NCBI GenBank assembly: GCA_963666115.2
Contig: CAXXET010000006.1
Coordinates: 512,001 to 576,000, forward strand
DNA from: Dehalococcoidia bacterium
GTDB taxonomy: Bacteria; Chloroflexota; Dehalococcoidia; UBA6926
Direction: 5' to 3'
DNA: 64,000 nt
In this document: positions 27,897-36,995 of the stretch, piece by piece
How the letters are laid out: each line of letters opens with the position of its first letter
Numbering within the stretch: the first letter of the stretch is position 1
Translations under genes and position numbers: made by a program
The notes under the pieces: model-generated
What the model was told of the DNA's origin: nothing
Seen by the model: the letters and a program-made list of their open reading frames with translations, nothing else
Databases searched by the model: none

Positions 27897-28751
27897 CTAG
27901 CCATGACCGTCTCGGGTACTCACGCTCAGCGTATAGTTGCTCGTTCGGTTGCCTTTGCCGGTGACCACAATATAATACGCCTTGGAATCATGCGCAGTCC
28001 ATACATAATTGGAGATAGGTTCGGCTTGCAAATAGAGGTTGATGTAGTCTTCCGTCCACTCCCGTGCTTGGACAACGTCGACAAACAGGTTAGATGCATC
28101 GCCTTCCACTGCGAATTCGTATGTCCGCCCTTCGACTGCGTCGAAAGTGAACCAGTCCTGGTCGCCCGTGATTTCGATCGTTCCGTAAATTGACGAGTTG
28201 ACGGCAACGGGCGTGGCGCCTTCCAGGATATTCTGGTAGTCATCATCATAGATAGTTCCGGTAAGTGCGTAGTTGCCTTCAGACACGAATATCAGGCCCT
28301 GGCCGCTGAGACCGTCAATCTCGAGATAGTGGGTGCCCGTCACTTGGGCGGTCCACGGAAATCTGCAGAGCGGAAAGGAACAGTCTCTGTCATACCAGGG
28401 ACCTCGGGAAGGCACAGAGTTTCTCTCAGACAACGAAAACGAGAAATGGTCAGGAAACAAGAAATCGGTGCCTGGCACAGGTGATAAGTCAGGATCATAG
28501 ACCTTGACCGCTCTCTGGAACAGTGCGCTTGACGTGAGCACGAACATATAGCTTTGGTTGGCTTGGGCAGCAAAAGCGAACCAGTCTGAGTCATACTCGT
28601 CGTCACGGGGACGGTGAACGATTTGTCCCTTCACGCTGTCTCCCATGCCAAGCTGCGTTGCTGTCCCCGGGTCATCGCCATGGACATCGACCTTCGTACA
28701 GCCCACGGCAAGCAGCGCGAGAAGAAGTGTCGCCGACGCAGCCCACTTCAT
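27897..28751 (-). CDS. Lipoprotein with two PPC-like (pre-peptidase C-terminal) domains
   Basis: LAVGC lipobox; repeated DxDWFxF...Y motifs; lower GC. Confidence 0.72.
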   Translation of the reverse strand: MKWAASATLLLALLAVGCTKVDVHGDDPGTATQLGMGDSVKGQIVHRPRDDEYDSDWFAFAAQANQSYMFVLTSSALFQRAVKVYDPDLSPVPGTDFLFPDHFSFSLSERNSVPSRGPWYDRDCSFPLCRFPWTAQVTGTHYLEIDGLSGQGLIFVSEGNYALTGTIYDDDYQNILEGATPVAVNSSIYGTIEITGDQDWFTFDAVEGRTYEFAVEGDASNLFVDVVQAREWTEDYINLYLQAEPISNYVWTAHDSKAYYIVVTGKGNRTSNYTLSVSTRDGHG

Positions 28752-28763
28752 GAGGTCAACTCT

Positions 28764-31175
28764 TCACACCAGCACGCCCGCCTTTGTTAGTTCCTCTGCT
28801 TCGGCGGTTTTGATGCCGAGGACTCGCTCCAGGATTTGGGTGGTGTGTTGGCCGGTTAGGGGGGCGGGGAGGCGGACCTGGCCGGGGGTTTCTGTTAGGC
28901 GGACGGTCATGCCCGGGTGTTGGAGTTTGCCCGGCCAGGGGTGGTCGATTTCCACGACGTAGCCGCGTGAGCGCAGGTGTGGATCGTGGTACAGGTCTTC
29001 ACCGGACGCGACGATTGCGGCCTTGACGCCGACTTTCTGGCAGGCCTGCATGATTTGCCCCGGCGTGCGGATTGATGTCCACTCACCGATGGCGGCGTCG
29101 AGTTCGTCGTGCAGTTCGTGGCGTGAGTCGTTTGTTGCCGTCTTGTCGCGGAGGTCAGCAGGCAGGGCGCCGCCCATCAGCCCGGCCAGCGCCTGCCACT
29201 CATCGTCTGTTTCGCAGGATATGGCCACCCACTTATCGACGCCTCTGCAGGCGTACACGCCCTGCGGCGCGGCGTGGGGGCTGCGGTTGCCGATGGGCTG
29301 CGGCGTCTCCCCGTTAATGGTGTGTTCGAGGATGGCCGTGCCCATCATCGCTGCGGCGGAGTCGATCTGGGTGAGTTCGATATGCTGGCCCTCGCCGGAA
29401 TTCTCGCGCTCATGCAGCGCGGCCATGACGGCCAGCGCGAGGTGTCCCGCCGTCACGTAGTCCGTGTACGCCTGCTTGGGTCGTTCGTTCACCTCGGAGT
29501 CCGCATGGCCCCAGAGCGTTGAGATGCCCGCGAACGCGCCGATGCACCCGCCGTAGGCAAAGTAGTCGCGAATCGGCCCCTCGTATCCGTAGCCGGGGGC
29601 GCTCAGCACGATGATGCGCGGGTTGACCTGCTTGAGGTCGTCGTACGCCATTCCCCAGCGGGGCAGGGTGGCGTAGTGAAAATTCTCCAGCACGATGTCG
29701 CTCTCCGCGACCAGCTTCCTGAAGATGTCCTTGCCCTCGTCCGAGTGGAGGTCAAGCGCGATTGAATACTTGTTGCGGTTGATTTCCGCGTACATGGTGT
29801 TGGAGCGGAGCCAGGCGTCATAATCGTCCTGTTCGAGGATGCGCCCCTCGGGGAACTTGGTGGACTCGATGCGAATGACCTCCGCGCCGAAATCGGCCAG
29901 GTAGCGCGCGCCGTACGGCCCGGCCCACGATTTCGTCAAATCGACGACGCGGATGCCTTCAAGCGGCAGCCTGGGCTCGTTGGCGGTTGCGGCGGGTGGC
30001 GCCACACGGCCGTTTTCATGGGGGCGGGCGGGGATGGCGGCCAGACCGTCGTTGTGCTGGCCGATGGTTGGGGCAGGGCCCTTGATCTCCCACGGCGTGC
30101 GGCTCAGCCGGAACGGCGCGCCCTGCGAGGCGTATGTTCCGATTACGGGGTCATTCATCTCTGTCATGACGTTGCGCGCGATGGTGTGGGGGTGGTTGAT
30201 GAGCCCGACGATGTCATTGACCGGCCCGGCGGGGATGCGGCGCGGGATGGAGCCTTCAAGGAATTCCTGCACGGTCATCGACCGCGTGAACTCGGACATG
30301 CGCTCATCAAGGAACTCCACGGCGTCGGCGCGCACGGCGGAGTCCAGGAACATTTCGTCCATGATCAGCGGGTCTTCAGTCCATTCCGCGAACGCTTTCC
30401 ACTGGTGCGGCAGGATGAGGGACATCAGAATCCAGCCGTCGGAGCAGGGGAAGTAGTTGGTGGGGCGTCCGCCGCTCAGCCCGCCGACGCGCTGGACGAT
30501 CTCGCCGTAGGAGCCGTAGTAGACCAGGTTGAAATACTCGTGCGCCACGACGTCCTGCAAGGAGACATCCACCTCTTGCCCGCGCCCGCCGTTCCGCGCA
30601 TGCCACCACGCGAGCAGGGTTCCGTATGCGGCGTGGAGCGCCGTCATCTGCACGGCCTGGTAGTGGGGCTGAGCGGCGGGGAGGCCGTCGCGTTTGCCCT
30701 CCATGAAGGTCATGCCGCCCGCCGCGCCGGCGGTGAAGTCGTTGCCCGCGAAGCCGGCGTGGACGCCTGCGCGGCCATACGGCGTGACGGTGGTGAGGAT
30801 GATGTTGGGATTGACGGCGGCCAGGGAGGTGTAGTCGAGGCCGCGCGACTCCAATTCCTGTTGATTAAAGGACGTCATCAGGACATCGGCGTTCGGCAGC
30901 AGCGAATCCCGGAGGACGGCCAGGCCCTCGTCCGTTTCGAGATCGAGGACGACGCTCCGCTTGCCGAGGTTGAACCGGAGGAAGTAGAGGCTGCGCGGCT
31001 CGGTGGTGGGGCGAGTTGGTTGTGGCGCGATGCGGCGTGACGGGCTACCGCCCGGCGGCTCGATAAGTGTCACGTCCGCGCCAAGATCAACAAGATGCCG
31101 CCCGACAGGCTCAATGAGTTCGCCCGCAATTTCCAACACGCGGAGTCCATTCAGCGGCGCAGTTTCCGTAGACAT
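28764..31175 (-). CDS. Tandem (double-domain) CaiB/BaiF class III CoA-transferase
   Basis: Two PL.G.RV...LGADV..IE...N..KRS units. Confidence 0.92.
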   Translation of the reverse strand: MSTETAPLNGLRVLEIAGELIEPVGRHLVDLGADVTLIEPPGGSPSRRIAPQPTRPTTEPRSLYFLRFNLGKRSVVLDLETDEGLAVLRDSLLPNADVLMTSFNQQELESRGLDYTSLAAVNPNIILTTVTPYGRAGVHAGFAGNDFTAGAAGGMTFMEGKRDGLPAAQPHYQAVQMTALHAAYGTLLAWWHARNGGRGQEVDVSLQDVVAHEYFNLVYYGSYGEIVQRVGGLSGGRPTNYFPCSDGWILMSLILPHQWKAFAEWTEDPLIMDEMFLDSAVRADAVEFLDERMSEFTRSMTVQEFLEGSIPRRIPAGPVNDIVGLINHPHTIARNVMTEMNDPVIGTYASQGAPFRLSRTPWEIKGPAPTIGQHNDGLAAIPARPHENGRVAPPAATANEPRLPLEGIRVVDLTKSWAGPYGARYLADFGAEVIRIESTKFPEGRILEQDDYDAWLRSNTMYAEINRNKYSIALDLHSDEGKDIFRKLVAESDIVLENFHYATLPRWGMAYDDLKQVNPRIIVLSAPGYGYEGPIRDYFAYGGCIGAFAGISTLWGHADSEVNERPKQAYTDYVTAGHLALAVMAALHERENSGEGQHIELTQIDSAAAMMGTAILEHTINGETPQPIGNRSPHAAPQGVYACRGVDKWVAISCETDDEWQALAGLMGGALPADLRDKTATNDSRHELHDELDAAIGEWTSIRTPGQIMQACQKVGVKAAIVASGEDLYHDPHLRSRGYVVEIDHPWPGKLQHPGMTVRLTETPGQVRLPAPLTGQHTTQILERVLGIKTAEAEELTKAGVLV

Positions 31176-31231
31176 GGCCTATCCTCCAATCGCCGCTACT
31201 ATGCGCCCGTTGGTGTACGCCGCGCAAGCGG

Positions 31232-31259
31232 GTAGGGGCGGTTCGCGAACCGCCCCTAC
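31232..31259. repeat. Perfect 28-bp GTAG-type REP palindrome
   Basis: GTAGGGGCGGTTCGCGAACCGCCCCTAC is self-complementary. Confidence 0.85.
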
Positions 31260-31264
31260 AGGGG

Positions 31265-32215
31265 CTAGCTATCGTCCTCGATCATGGCGCCGGTCACCAC
31301 TTTGAACTCCGCTCGCAGTTCATTCAGGCTGCGCCGATTACTGCCCATGAGCTTGTCCAAGACGTCGTCGATGTCCCAGACTTCCAGCATCGATTGTCGT
31401 GTCATGTAGAACCCGATTTTGCGAATCTTGTGCTCGTCTGAATAGTCAAGCAACGCGTAACCAAGCAGTTGCCAGAGCCATTCAGTCTTGATCTGTAGTT
31501 GGATGGAAGTCTTGATGTCGATGAGGGCGCCATCGACTATCAAGTCGCCATCTGCCCCACTGACGTCCGTGGAGCCTTCAAATGTCGGATTGAGCACGTG
31601 GCGTCGGGAGAATAGCGCACCGTGTTCGCTATAGAAGGAGCGACTCAGCATGCGGAGATCATCAATGCACATGGGACTCGCGAGCTCCAGGAGTTGCTCC
31701 GTATTCGCAAAGCGCCTGTCGAGCGGAGTTCCCGGGCGGAGGCCAGACCGAGCCACCTCGTCAAGCAGTGCAAGCACATAGCAGTACCTCAAGAACTCCC
31801 TTTCCTGTTCGTCCTTGAGCTTTAAGCCGGAAACCGGTGTTCTTCGTAGGAAGGAATCAAAGTCCTGGAAGAAGCGCAGAAACTCCTCGGAGATGCTCTG
31901 CTCATAATCGATATCCCTGCGCCCTGTCTCCGAATCAACGTCAACATGGATGTGTCCTTGGAGATTCAACGCTCCTTGGGCGGCGACCAATTCGTGCCAC
32001 GGTGCTGCTGAGAAGTAGTACCGGATACGATAGTCGATCGCGCTTCCCACCGTATTCCAAGGATATGCACCTGAGGCAGGCGGCCTCAGTATGGACGAAT
32101 TCTTTAGTCGCTTACGTGGCTCCACCAAGAAACCGCGCGCGCCAGCGCCAAAAGTGTCTGCCAGAAACCGACTTACAGGGCTGTTCTTGTTGGCGATTTC
32201 CCGTGTGAGCGACAT
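31265..32215 (-). CDS. PD-(D/E)XK (RecB-like) nuclease domain protein
   Basis: GADGDLIVDGALIDIKT and QLLGY motifs; lower GC. Confidence 0.72.
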   Translation of the reverse strand: MSLTREIANKNSPVSRFLADTFGAGARGFLVEPRKRLKNSSILRPPASGAYPWNTVGSAIDYRIRYYFSAAPWHELVAAQGALNLQGHIHVDVDSETGRRDIDYEQSISEEFLRFFQDFDSFLRRTPVSGLKLKDEQEREFLRYCYVLALLDEVARSGLRPGTPLDRRFANTEQLLELASPMCIDDLRMLSRSFYSEHGALFSRRHVLNPTFEGSTDVSGADGDLIVDGALIDIKTSIQLQIKTEWLWQLLGYALLDYSDEHKIRKIGFYMTRQSMLEVWDIDDVLDKLMGSNRRSLNELRAEFKVVTGAMIEDDS

Positions 32216-32251
32216 GGGTTATTGAATCCCCTTTTTACGAATGGTTGGCAG

Positions 32252-33442
32252 TTACCTTGGCAGGCCGAGGCCGCGTTGGGCGATGATGTTTAGTTGGATT
32301 TCGCGGCCGCCGCCGGCGAAGCGGTTCATCCAGCTTAGGTACGCGTTGACGGCGGGGTATCCGCCGAGGGGGGCTCGCGGCTCGCCTACGGTTAGGGCGG
32401 CGTGTTGGCCTAGTATGCGGGCTATTGTTTCATAGACGCGGGGCGTCATCTCATCGTGGAAGAGCTTGGAGAATGCTGCCTCCATCATCGGAACCTCGCC
32501 CTTGCTCTGGATCGACGCGACCTGCAGGGCGAGCATGCGCCCGGTCTCGATGAGGATGCGGGCCTCTGCCAGGAGGTGGCGCGTCCGCTTGCCGTCGATG
32601 AGCCGGCCGCCATCGATGCGCGCCTCGCGGGCGTAGTCGATGAACCGCTCAAGGTCGCGCAGCCGCCGTGCCGGGGCCTCGATCTGCGAGCGTTCAAAGG
32701 ACAAGGTCGTCATGGCGGCGTACCAGCCGCGATTCTCCTCGCCGATGACGTTGCGGGAGGGCACGCGGACGTTGTCCAGGAAAATCTCGCTCCAGCGGCG
32801 GCGTCCCAGCGCGTCCATAAGCGGGCGCTTCACCACGCCCGGCGTGTTCATGTCGATGATCAGGTAGGAAATGCCCCGGTGTTTCGGCGCGTCCGGGTCC
32901 GTTCGCACGAGATAGTGGCCCCAATCGACCCAAGGGTGGTGGCCCTGGCTGTTCCATATCTTCTGGCCGGTCACGATCCAGTCGTCGCCGTCGCGCACGG
33001 CGCGGGTCTGGAGGTTGGCGAGGTCTGCGCCCGCGTTCGGCTCGCTGAAACCCTGCGACCATGAGATGAGTTCACCACTGGCAATCTTTGGCAGGAAGAA
33101 GTCCCGCTGCCAGGGCTGGCCGTGGAACATGAGCATGGGCGCTTCAAAGCCCGGCTGGGCGATAGGCGCGCCGCGATAGGCCATCTCCTCGCGGTAGGCG
33201 ATCTGGGTGGTGAAGGGGACGGCCTGCCCGCCGTATTCGTGGGGCCAGTGCATGGTGTACCAGCCCTTCTCGGCCAGCTTTCGCGTGAACTCCTGGAACA
33301 GGACCTCGTCCTCGGGCGTATCGACGTCATAGGAATAGACGGAATTGATGTGTGATTCGTAGGGGGAGTTCCAGTTGGCCTCCACGAATTCGCGCACCTC
33401 CCGGCGCAGCGCGATGTCCTGTTCCGAATAACTGAAGTCCAT
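32252..33442 (-). CDS. Acyl-CoA dehydrogenase, paralog of 25785-26975
   Basis: Same motifs, high visible identity (NSVYSYDV, FSKLFHDEMTP, YLSWMNRFAGGG). Confidence 0.93.
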   Translation of the reverse strand: MDFSYSEQDIALRREVREFVEANWNSPYESHINSVYSYDVDTPEDEVLFQEFTRKLAEKGWYTMHWPHEYGGQAVPFTTQIAYREEMAYRGAPIAQPGFEAPMLMFHGQPWQRDFFLPKIASGELISWSQGFSEPNAGADLANLQTRAVRDGDDWIVTGQKIWNSQGHHPWVDWGHYLVRTDPDAPKHRGISYLIIDMNTPGVVKRPLMDALGRRRWSEIFLDNVRVPSRNVIGEENRGWYAAMTTLSFERSQIEAPARRLRDLERFIDYAREARIDGGRLIDGKRTRHLLAEARILIETGRMLALQVASIQSKGEVPMMEAAFSKLFHDEMTPRVYETIARILGQHAALTVGEPRAPLGGYPAVNAYLSWMNRFAGGGREIQLNIIAQRGLGLPR

Positions 33443-33557
33443 GTCCGACACCGTCCTTTCCCCGTCCGTGCGCCGCTACTATGCCCCTGTTCTTGTGGCG
33501 CAAGCAAGCCGCCGCGACACGCGCGAGAGCAAAATGGAACAAATCATCCAAAAGGGG

Positions 33558-33586
33558 TTGACAAGCGAACGCGCGTTCGGTAGAGT
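33558..33586 (+). promoter_or_regulatory. Sigma70 promoter with embedded LexA-type (Cheo) box
   Basis: TTGACA(33558)-17 nt-TAGAGT(33581); CGAAC-GCGC-GTTCG at 33566-33579. Confidence 0.78.
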
Positions 33587-33592
33587 GGGTTC

Positions 33593-33718
33593 ACTCCTCC
33601 TTCTCCCAGACCATCTCCCCGCGCAAAAGGATGGATGGGAGAACGGCGCTTCCCGAGGGTAGGGGAACAGCGCCACAGCGATGCGGCGGGGCGGGCAACC
33701 GCCCCGCCGCGTTCTTTA
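33593..33718 (+). ncRNA. Candidate small RNA (three hairpins, last is a terminator)
   Basis: Promoter upstream; stems TTCTCCCA/TGGGAGAA, GGCGCT/AGCGCC; 12-bp GC hairpin with GCAA loop followed by GTTCTTT. Confidence 0.6.
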
Positions 33719-33811
33719 TCCGCCATGCACTCCTGCCGCCTGTTGCCTAGCCGCGAATGCCGCCCGTATAATGGCGCTTGCGCCAAAATCTTGATGTGGG
33801 GGAAGGTGAGA

Positions 33812-34219
33812 TTGAATGCTCTAGGGACACACGTGCTGGTGGAACTCCGCGATTGTGACGCTACTGCGCTCAATGATCTGCGAATCGTTGAATCCGCGCT
33901 CATCGACGCAGCGAGACGCATCAGCGCAACGATCATCGGACACGCTTTCCACCAGTTCAGCCCCCAGGGCGTCACCGGCGTCGTCATCATTGCCGAATCC
34001 CACATCTGCATCCACACGTGGCCGGAGCACGGCTACGCCGCCGTTGACATCTTTACGTGCGGCGATACGTCGGGCCTTGAAGATGCCACCGAGCATATTG
34101 CCAGGGCCTTCGGTTCGCAGGACCGGTCGGTCGTCACACTCCACCGCGGGCAATTCGATCCGGCCGTGAGCGCTGCGGCGCGCGCGGCGCCGGATTTGGC
34201 CGGTGTCGCAGGCGCCTGA
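33812..34219 (+). CDS. speD: S-adenosylmethionine decarboxylase proenzyme
   Basis: ESHICIHTWPE self-cleavage site, DIFTCG; TTG start after GAAGGTG. Confidence 0.92.
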   Translation: MNALGTHVLVELRDCDATALNDLRIVESALIDAARRISATIIGHAFHQFSPQGVTGVVIIAESHICIHTWPEHGYAAVDIFTCGDTSGLEDATEHIARAFGSQDRSVVTLHRGQFDPAVSAAARAAPDLAGVAGA

Positions 34220-35234
34220 TCAACCGGCTTCGGGGAACGCCCCGGAGAGCCGCGACACGCTCCCATACTCCGGCGCGGAGTGGATGACAGAGGCGGTTAC
34301 GCCCGGCATTCATCAACTGAACCGCATCAACAGCGTCGTCTATTCGGGCCGCACGCCATACCAGCAGGTCGAGATTGTCGACACGGAGCCTTTTGGCCGC
34401 GTCCTGCGCCTCGACGGCAAGATCCAGTCCGGCCAGTCGGATGAGTACGTCTACCATGAGGCGCTCGCTCATCCGGTGATGCTCCATCATCCCGCGCCGC
34501 AGCGCGTGTTCATCGGCGGCGGCGGCGAGGGCGCGACATTAAGGGAGGCGCTGCGGCACCGCTCCGTCGAAAGCGTCGTGATGGTGGATCTGGACGAGGA
34601 AGTCGTGAACCTCTGCAAGGAGTATCTGCCCACGTGGCACCAAGGCGCGTTTGACGACCCGCGGGTCGAGTTGCGGCATGAGGACGCGCACGCCTACCTA
34701 CAGAGCGTCGATGAGCCGTTCGACGTGATGATCCTCGACCTCGTGGACCCGATGGAGGCGGGGCCGGCCTACCGCCTCTATACGCAGGAGTTCTATCGCA
34801 TGGCGAGCGATCGACTGACGGACAACGGGGCGCTGGTGGTGCAGTCAGGCCCGGCAATTGCGGGCATGACTGCGGGGCCGGCGACGGACGCGAACAGCCG
34901 TGAACCGGAGGCGCTGACTGATCTCGTGCGCGGCTTCACGGCCTTGCATCACACTTTGGACTCCGTCTTTCCGGTCGTTGCCGGTTACAGCCCGGTGGTT
35001 ATGAGCTTCGGCAGCGCGTGGAGTTTCGTCCTGGCGTCGAAGGGGGGGGAGGACCCAGCGGGGCTGGCGCCGGAGCGGGTTGACGCGCTCATCGCGGATC
35101 GAATCACCGCGAGCCTCGGCTTCTACGACGGCATGACGCACCGCCGCATCTTCTCGCTGCCAAAGCCGCTGCGGGATGCGCTGGCGGCGGAGACGTGGAT
35201 CGTCACTGAGGAGCATCCGCTCCTCGTTCCTTAA
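34203..35234 (+). CDS. speE: Polyamine aminopropyltransferase
   Basis: LDGKIQ, YHEAL.HP, GGGEGATLRE, DLVDP, LYTQEFY. Confidence 0.92.
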   Translation: MSQAPDQPASGNAPESRDTLPYSGAEWMTEAVTPGIHQLNRINSVVYSGRTPYQQVEIVDTEPFGRVLRLDGKIQSGQSDEYVYHEALAHPVMLHHPAPQRVFIGGGGEGATLREALRHRSVESVVMVDLDEEVVNLCKEYLPTWHQGAFDDPRVELRHEDAHAYLQSVDEPFDVMILDLVDPMEAGPAYRLYTQEFYRMASDRLTDNGALVVQSGPAIAGMTAGPATDANSREPEALTDLVRGFTALHHTLDSVFPVVAGYSPVVMSFGSAWSFVLASKGGEDPAGLAPERVDALIADRITASLGFYDGMTHRRIFSLPKPLRDALAAETWIVTEEHPLLVP

Positions 35235-35320
35235 TCGGGTACACGCCGACAGCCGATGTGCGTCATAATGGCACGCAGGATCACTGTGACGCCGAGAGGC
35301 GGACGGGAGGAGGGCGGATC

Positions 35321-36982
35321 ATGCCGCGTCTAACCGGAGGGCAGGCCCTGGTGCAAGCGCTGAAGCGCGAGGGCGTTGAGGTTGTCTTTGGGCTGCCGGG
35401 CGTGCAGTTGGACTGGGCGTTTGACGCCCTCTATGACGAGCAGGACTCGATCCGCGTGATACACACGCGCCATGAGCAGGGAACGTCATACATGGCGGAC
35501 GGCTATGCCCGCTCAACCGGCAAGATTGGCGTCTGCCTCGTCGTGCCGGGCCCGGGACTGCTGAACGCGGCGGCGGGGTTGTCAACCGCCTACGCCACCA
35601 ACTCCCCCGTGCTGTGCATTGCCGGGCAGATACCAACGCATCACCTGGGCAAGGGCAGGGGCGCGCTGCATGAGATCAAGAACCAGCTTGAGACCATTGA
35701 CGCCGTCACCAAGTGGGCGGGCCGCGCGATGGACGCGGCGGACGTGCCCGGCCTTGTCAGCGAGGCGTTCCATCAACTCAAGTCCGGCCGGCCCCGCCCC
35801 GTCGAAATAGAGGTGCCGGTGGACGTGCTGATGAACGAGGCCGACGTCGAGTTCTATGAGCCGGGCGCGCCGCAGGCGGTCGAGGGCGACCCGGATCTGC
35901 TGGAAAAGGCGTCGCAGGCGCTCGGCAACTCGGAGAGGCCGCTCATCTTCGTGGGCAGCGGCATTATCACGAGCGAGGCTACTGCGGAGTTGCAGGAATT
36001 GGCGGAGATGCTGGGCGCGCCCGTGATCATCTCACAGAACGGGCGCGGGGCGCTGTCCGATCGTCACCCGCTTGCGCTGCCGTCCATCGCCGCCTATGAC
36101 CTGCTGCCCAACGCGGACGTCGTTCTGGCCGTCGGCACGCGCTTCGTGATGCCCGGCCCCAATCCGTATCCAAGGGACGAGGATCAGACGGTCATTCACG
36201 TCGATATCGATGAGACGGAGCTTGACCGCAATATCGCGCCGGACATCGGCATCGTCGCCGACGCCAAGACCGCGCTCGCCGATCTCATCCGGCGCGTGCC
36301 GCGCCACAACAGGTCGCGCGGATCACGCGACGAGGAGATGGCCGCCGCACGCGCCACGGTGCAGGAAAAGCTGGCCGCGATGTCGCCCGTCACAGAGTTC
36401 GCAGGCGCCATCCGCGCCGCGCTGCCGGAGGAGGGCATCTTCGTCACGGAAGTTACGCAAGTGGGCTACTTCTCCAACCAGGGGTTCCCGGTGTATTCGC
36501 CGCGCAGCTACATCGGCGCGGGCTACCAGGGCACGCTCGGCTACGGCTTCAACACCGCGCTCGGTGTCAAGGTTGGCAACCCTAACCAGCCCGTCGTGGC
36601 GATCTCCGGCGACGGCGGTTTCATGTACGGCTCGCAAGAGCTTTCCACCGCCGTGCGCTATGGCATCAACCTGGTGACGGTGGTGTTCAACGATAGCGCG
36701 TACGGCAACGTGCGCCGCACCCAGGACACCGCCTTCAACCACCGCATCATCGCGTCCGACCTGCACAACCCGGACTTCGTCAAGTTCGCGGAGTCGTTCG
36801 GCGCGCAGGGCAGGCGGGCGGAGACGCCGGAGCAGTTGACGACGCAGGTCACGGAGGCGTTGAACGCGGAGTCGCCGGCGCTCATCGAGGTGCCGCTGGG
36901 GGTCATGCCGAACCCGTTCCAGATGTTCGCGCCGCCGCCGGACATGATGGAACGCGCGATGGAGTTGGCCAAGCAGGGCTAG
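35321..36982 (+). CDS. ThDP-dependent enzyme (acetolactate synthase-like)
   Basis: VFGLPG, TRHEQG, GDGGF...FND ThDP motif. Confidence 0.9.
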   Translation: MPRLTGGQALVQALKREGVEVVFGLPGVQLDWAFDALYDEQDSIRVIHTRHEQGTSYMADGYARSTGKIGVCLVVPGPGLLNAAAGLSTAYATNSPVLCIAGQIPTHHLGKGRGALHEIKNQLETIDAVTKWAGRAMDAADVPGLVSEAFHQLKSGRPRPVEIEVPVDVLMNEADVEFYEPGAPQAVEGDPDLLEKASQALGNSERPLIFVGSGIITSEATAELQELAEMLGAPVIISQNGRGALSDRHPLALPSIAAYDLLPNADVVLAVGTRFVMPGPNPYPRDEDQTVIHVDIDETELDRNIAPDIGIVADAKTALADLIRRVPRHNRSRGSRDEEMAAARATVQEKLAAMSPVTEFAGAIRAALPEEGIFVTEVTQVGYFSNQGFPVYSPRSYIGAGYQGTLGYGFNTALGVKVGNPNQPVVAISGDGGFMYGSQELSTAVRYGINLVTVVFNDSAYGNVRRTQDTAFNHRIIASDLHNPDFVKFAESFGAQGRRAETPEQLTTQVTEALNAESPALIEVPLGVMPNPFQMFAPPPDMMERAMELAKQG

Positions 36983-36995
36983 CGCCGCTTCTCCC

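Noticed and set aside
31265-32215. Cas4
   Set aside because: Lacks the four-Cys Fe-S arrangement and has no CRISPR context
33635-33811. N-terminal extension of SpeD, or a SAM riboswitch
   Set aside because: The extension crosses a terminator hairpin and SpeD homology starts at 33812; no recognisable SAM riboswitch core
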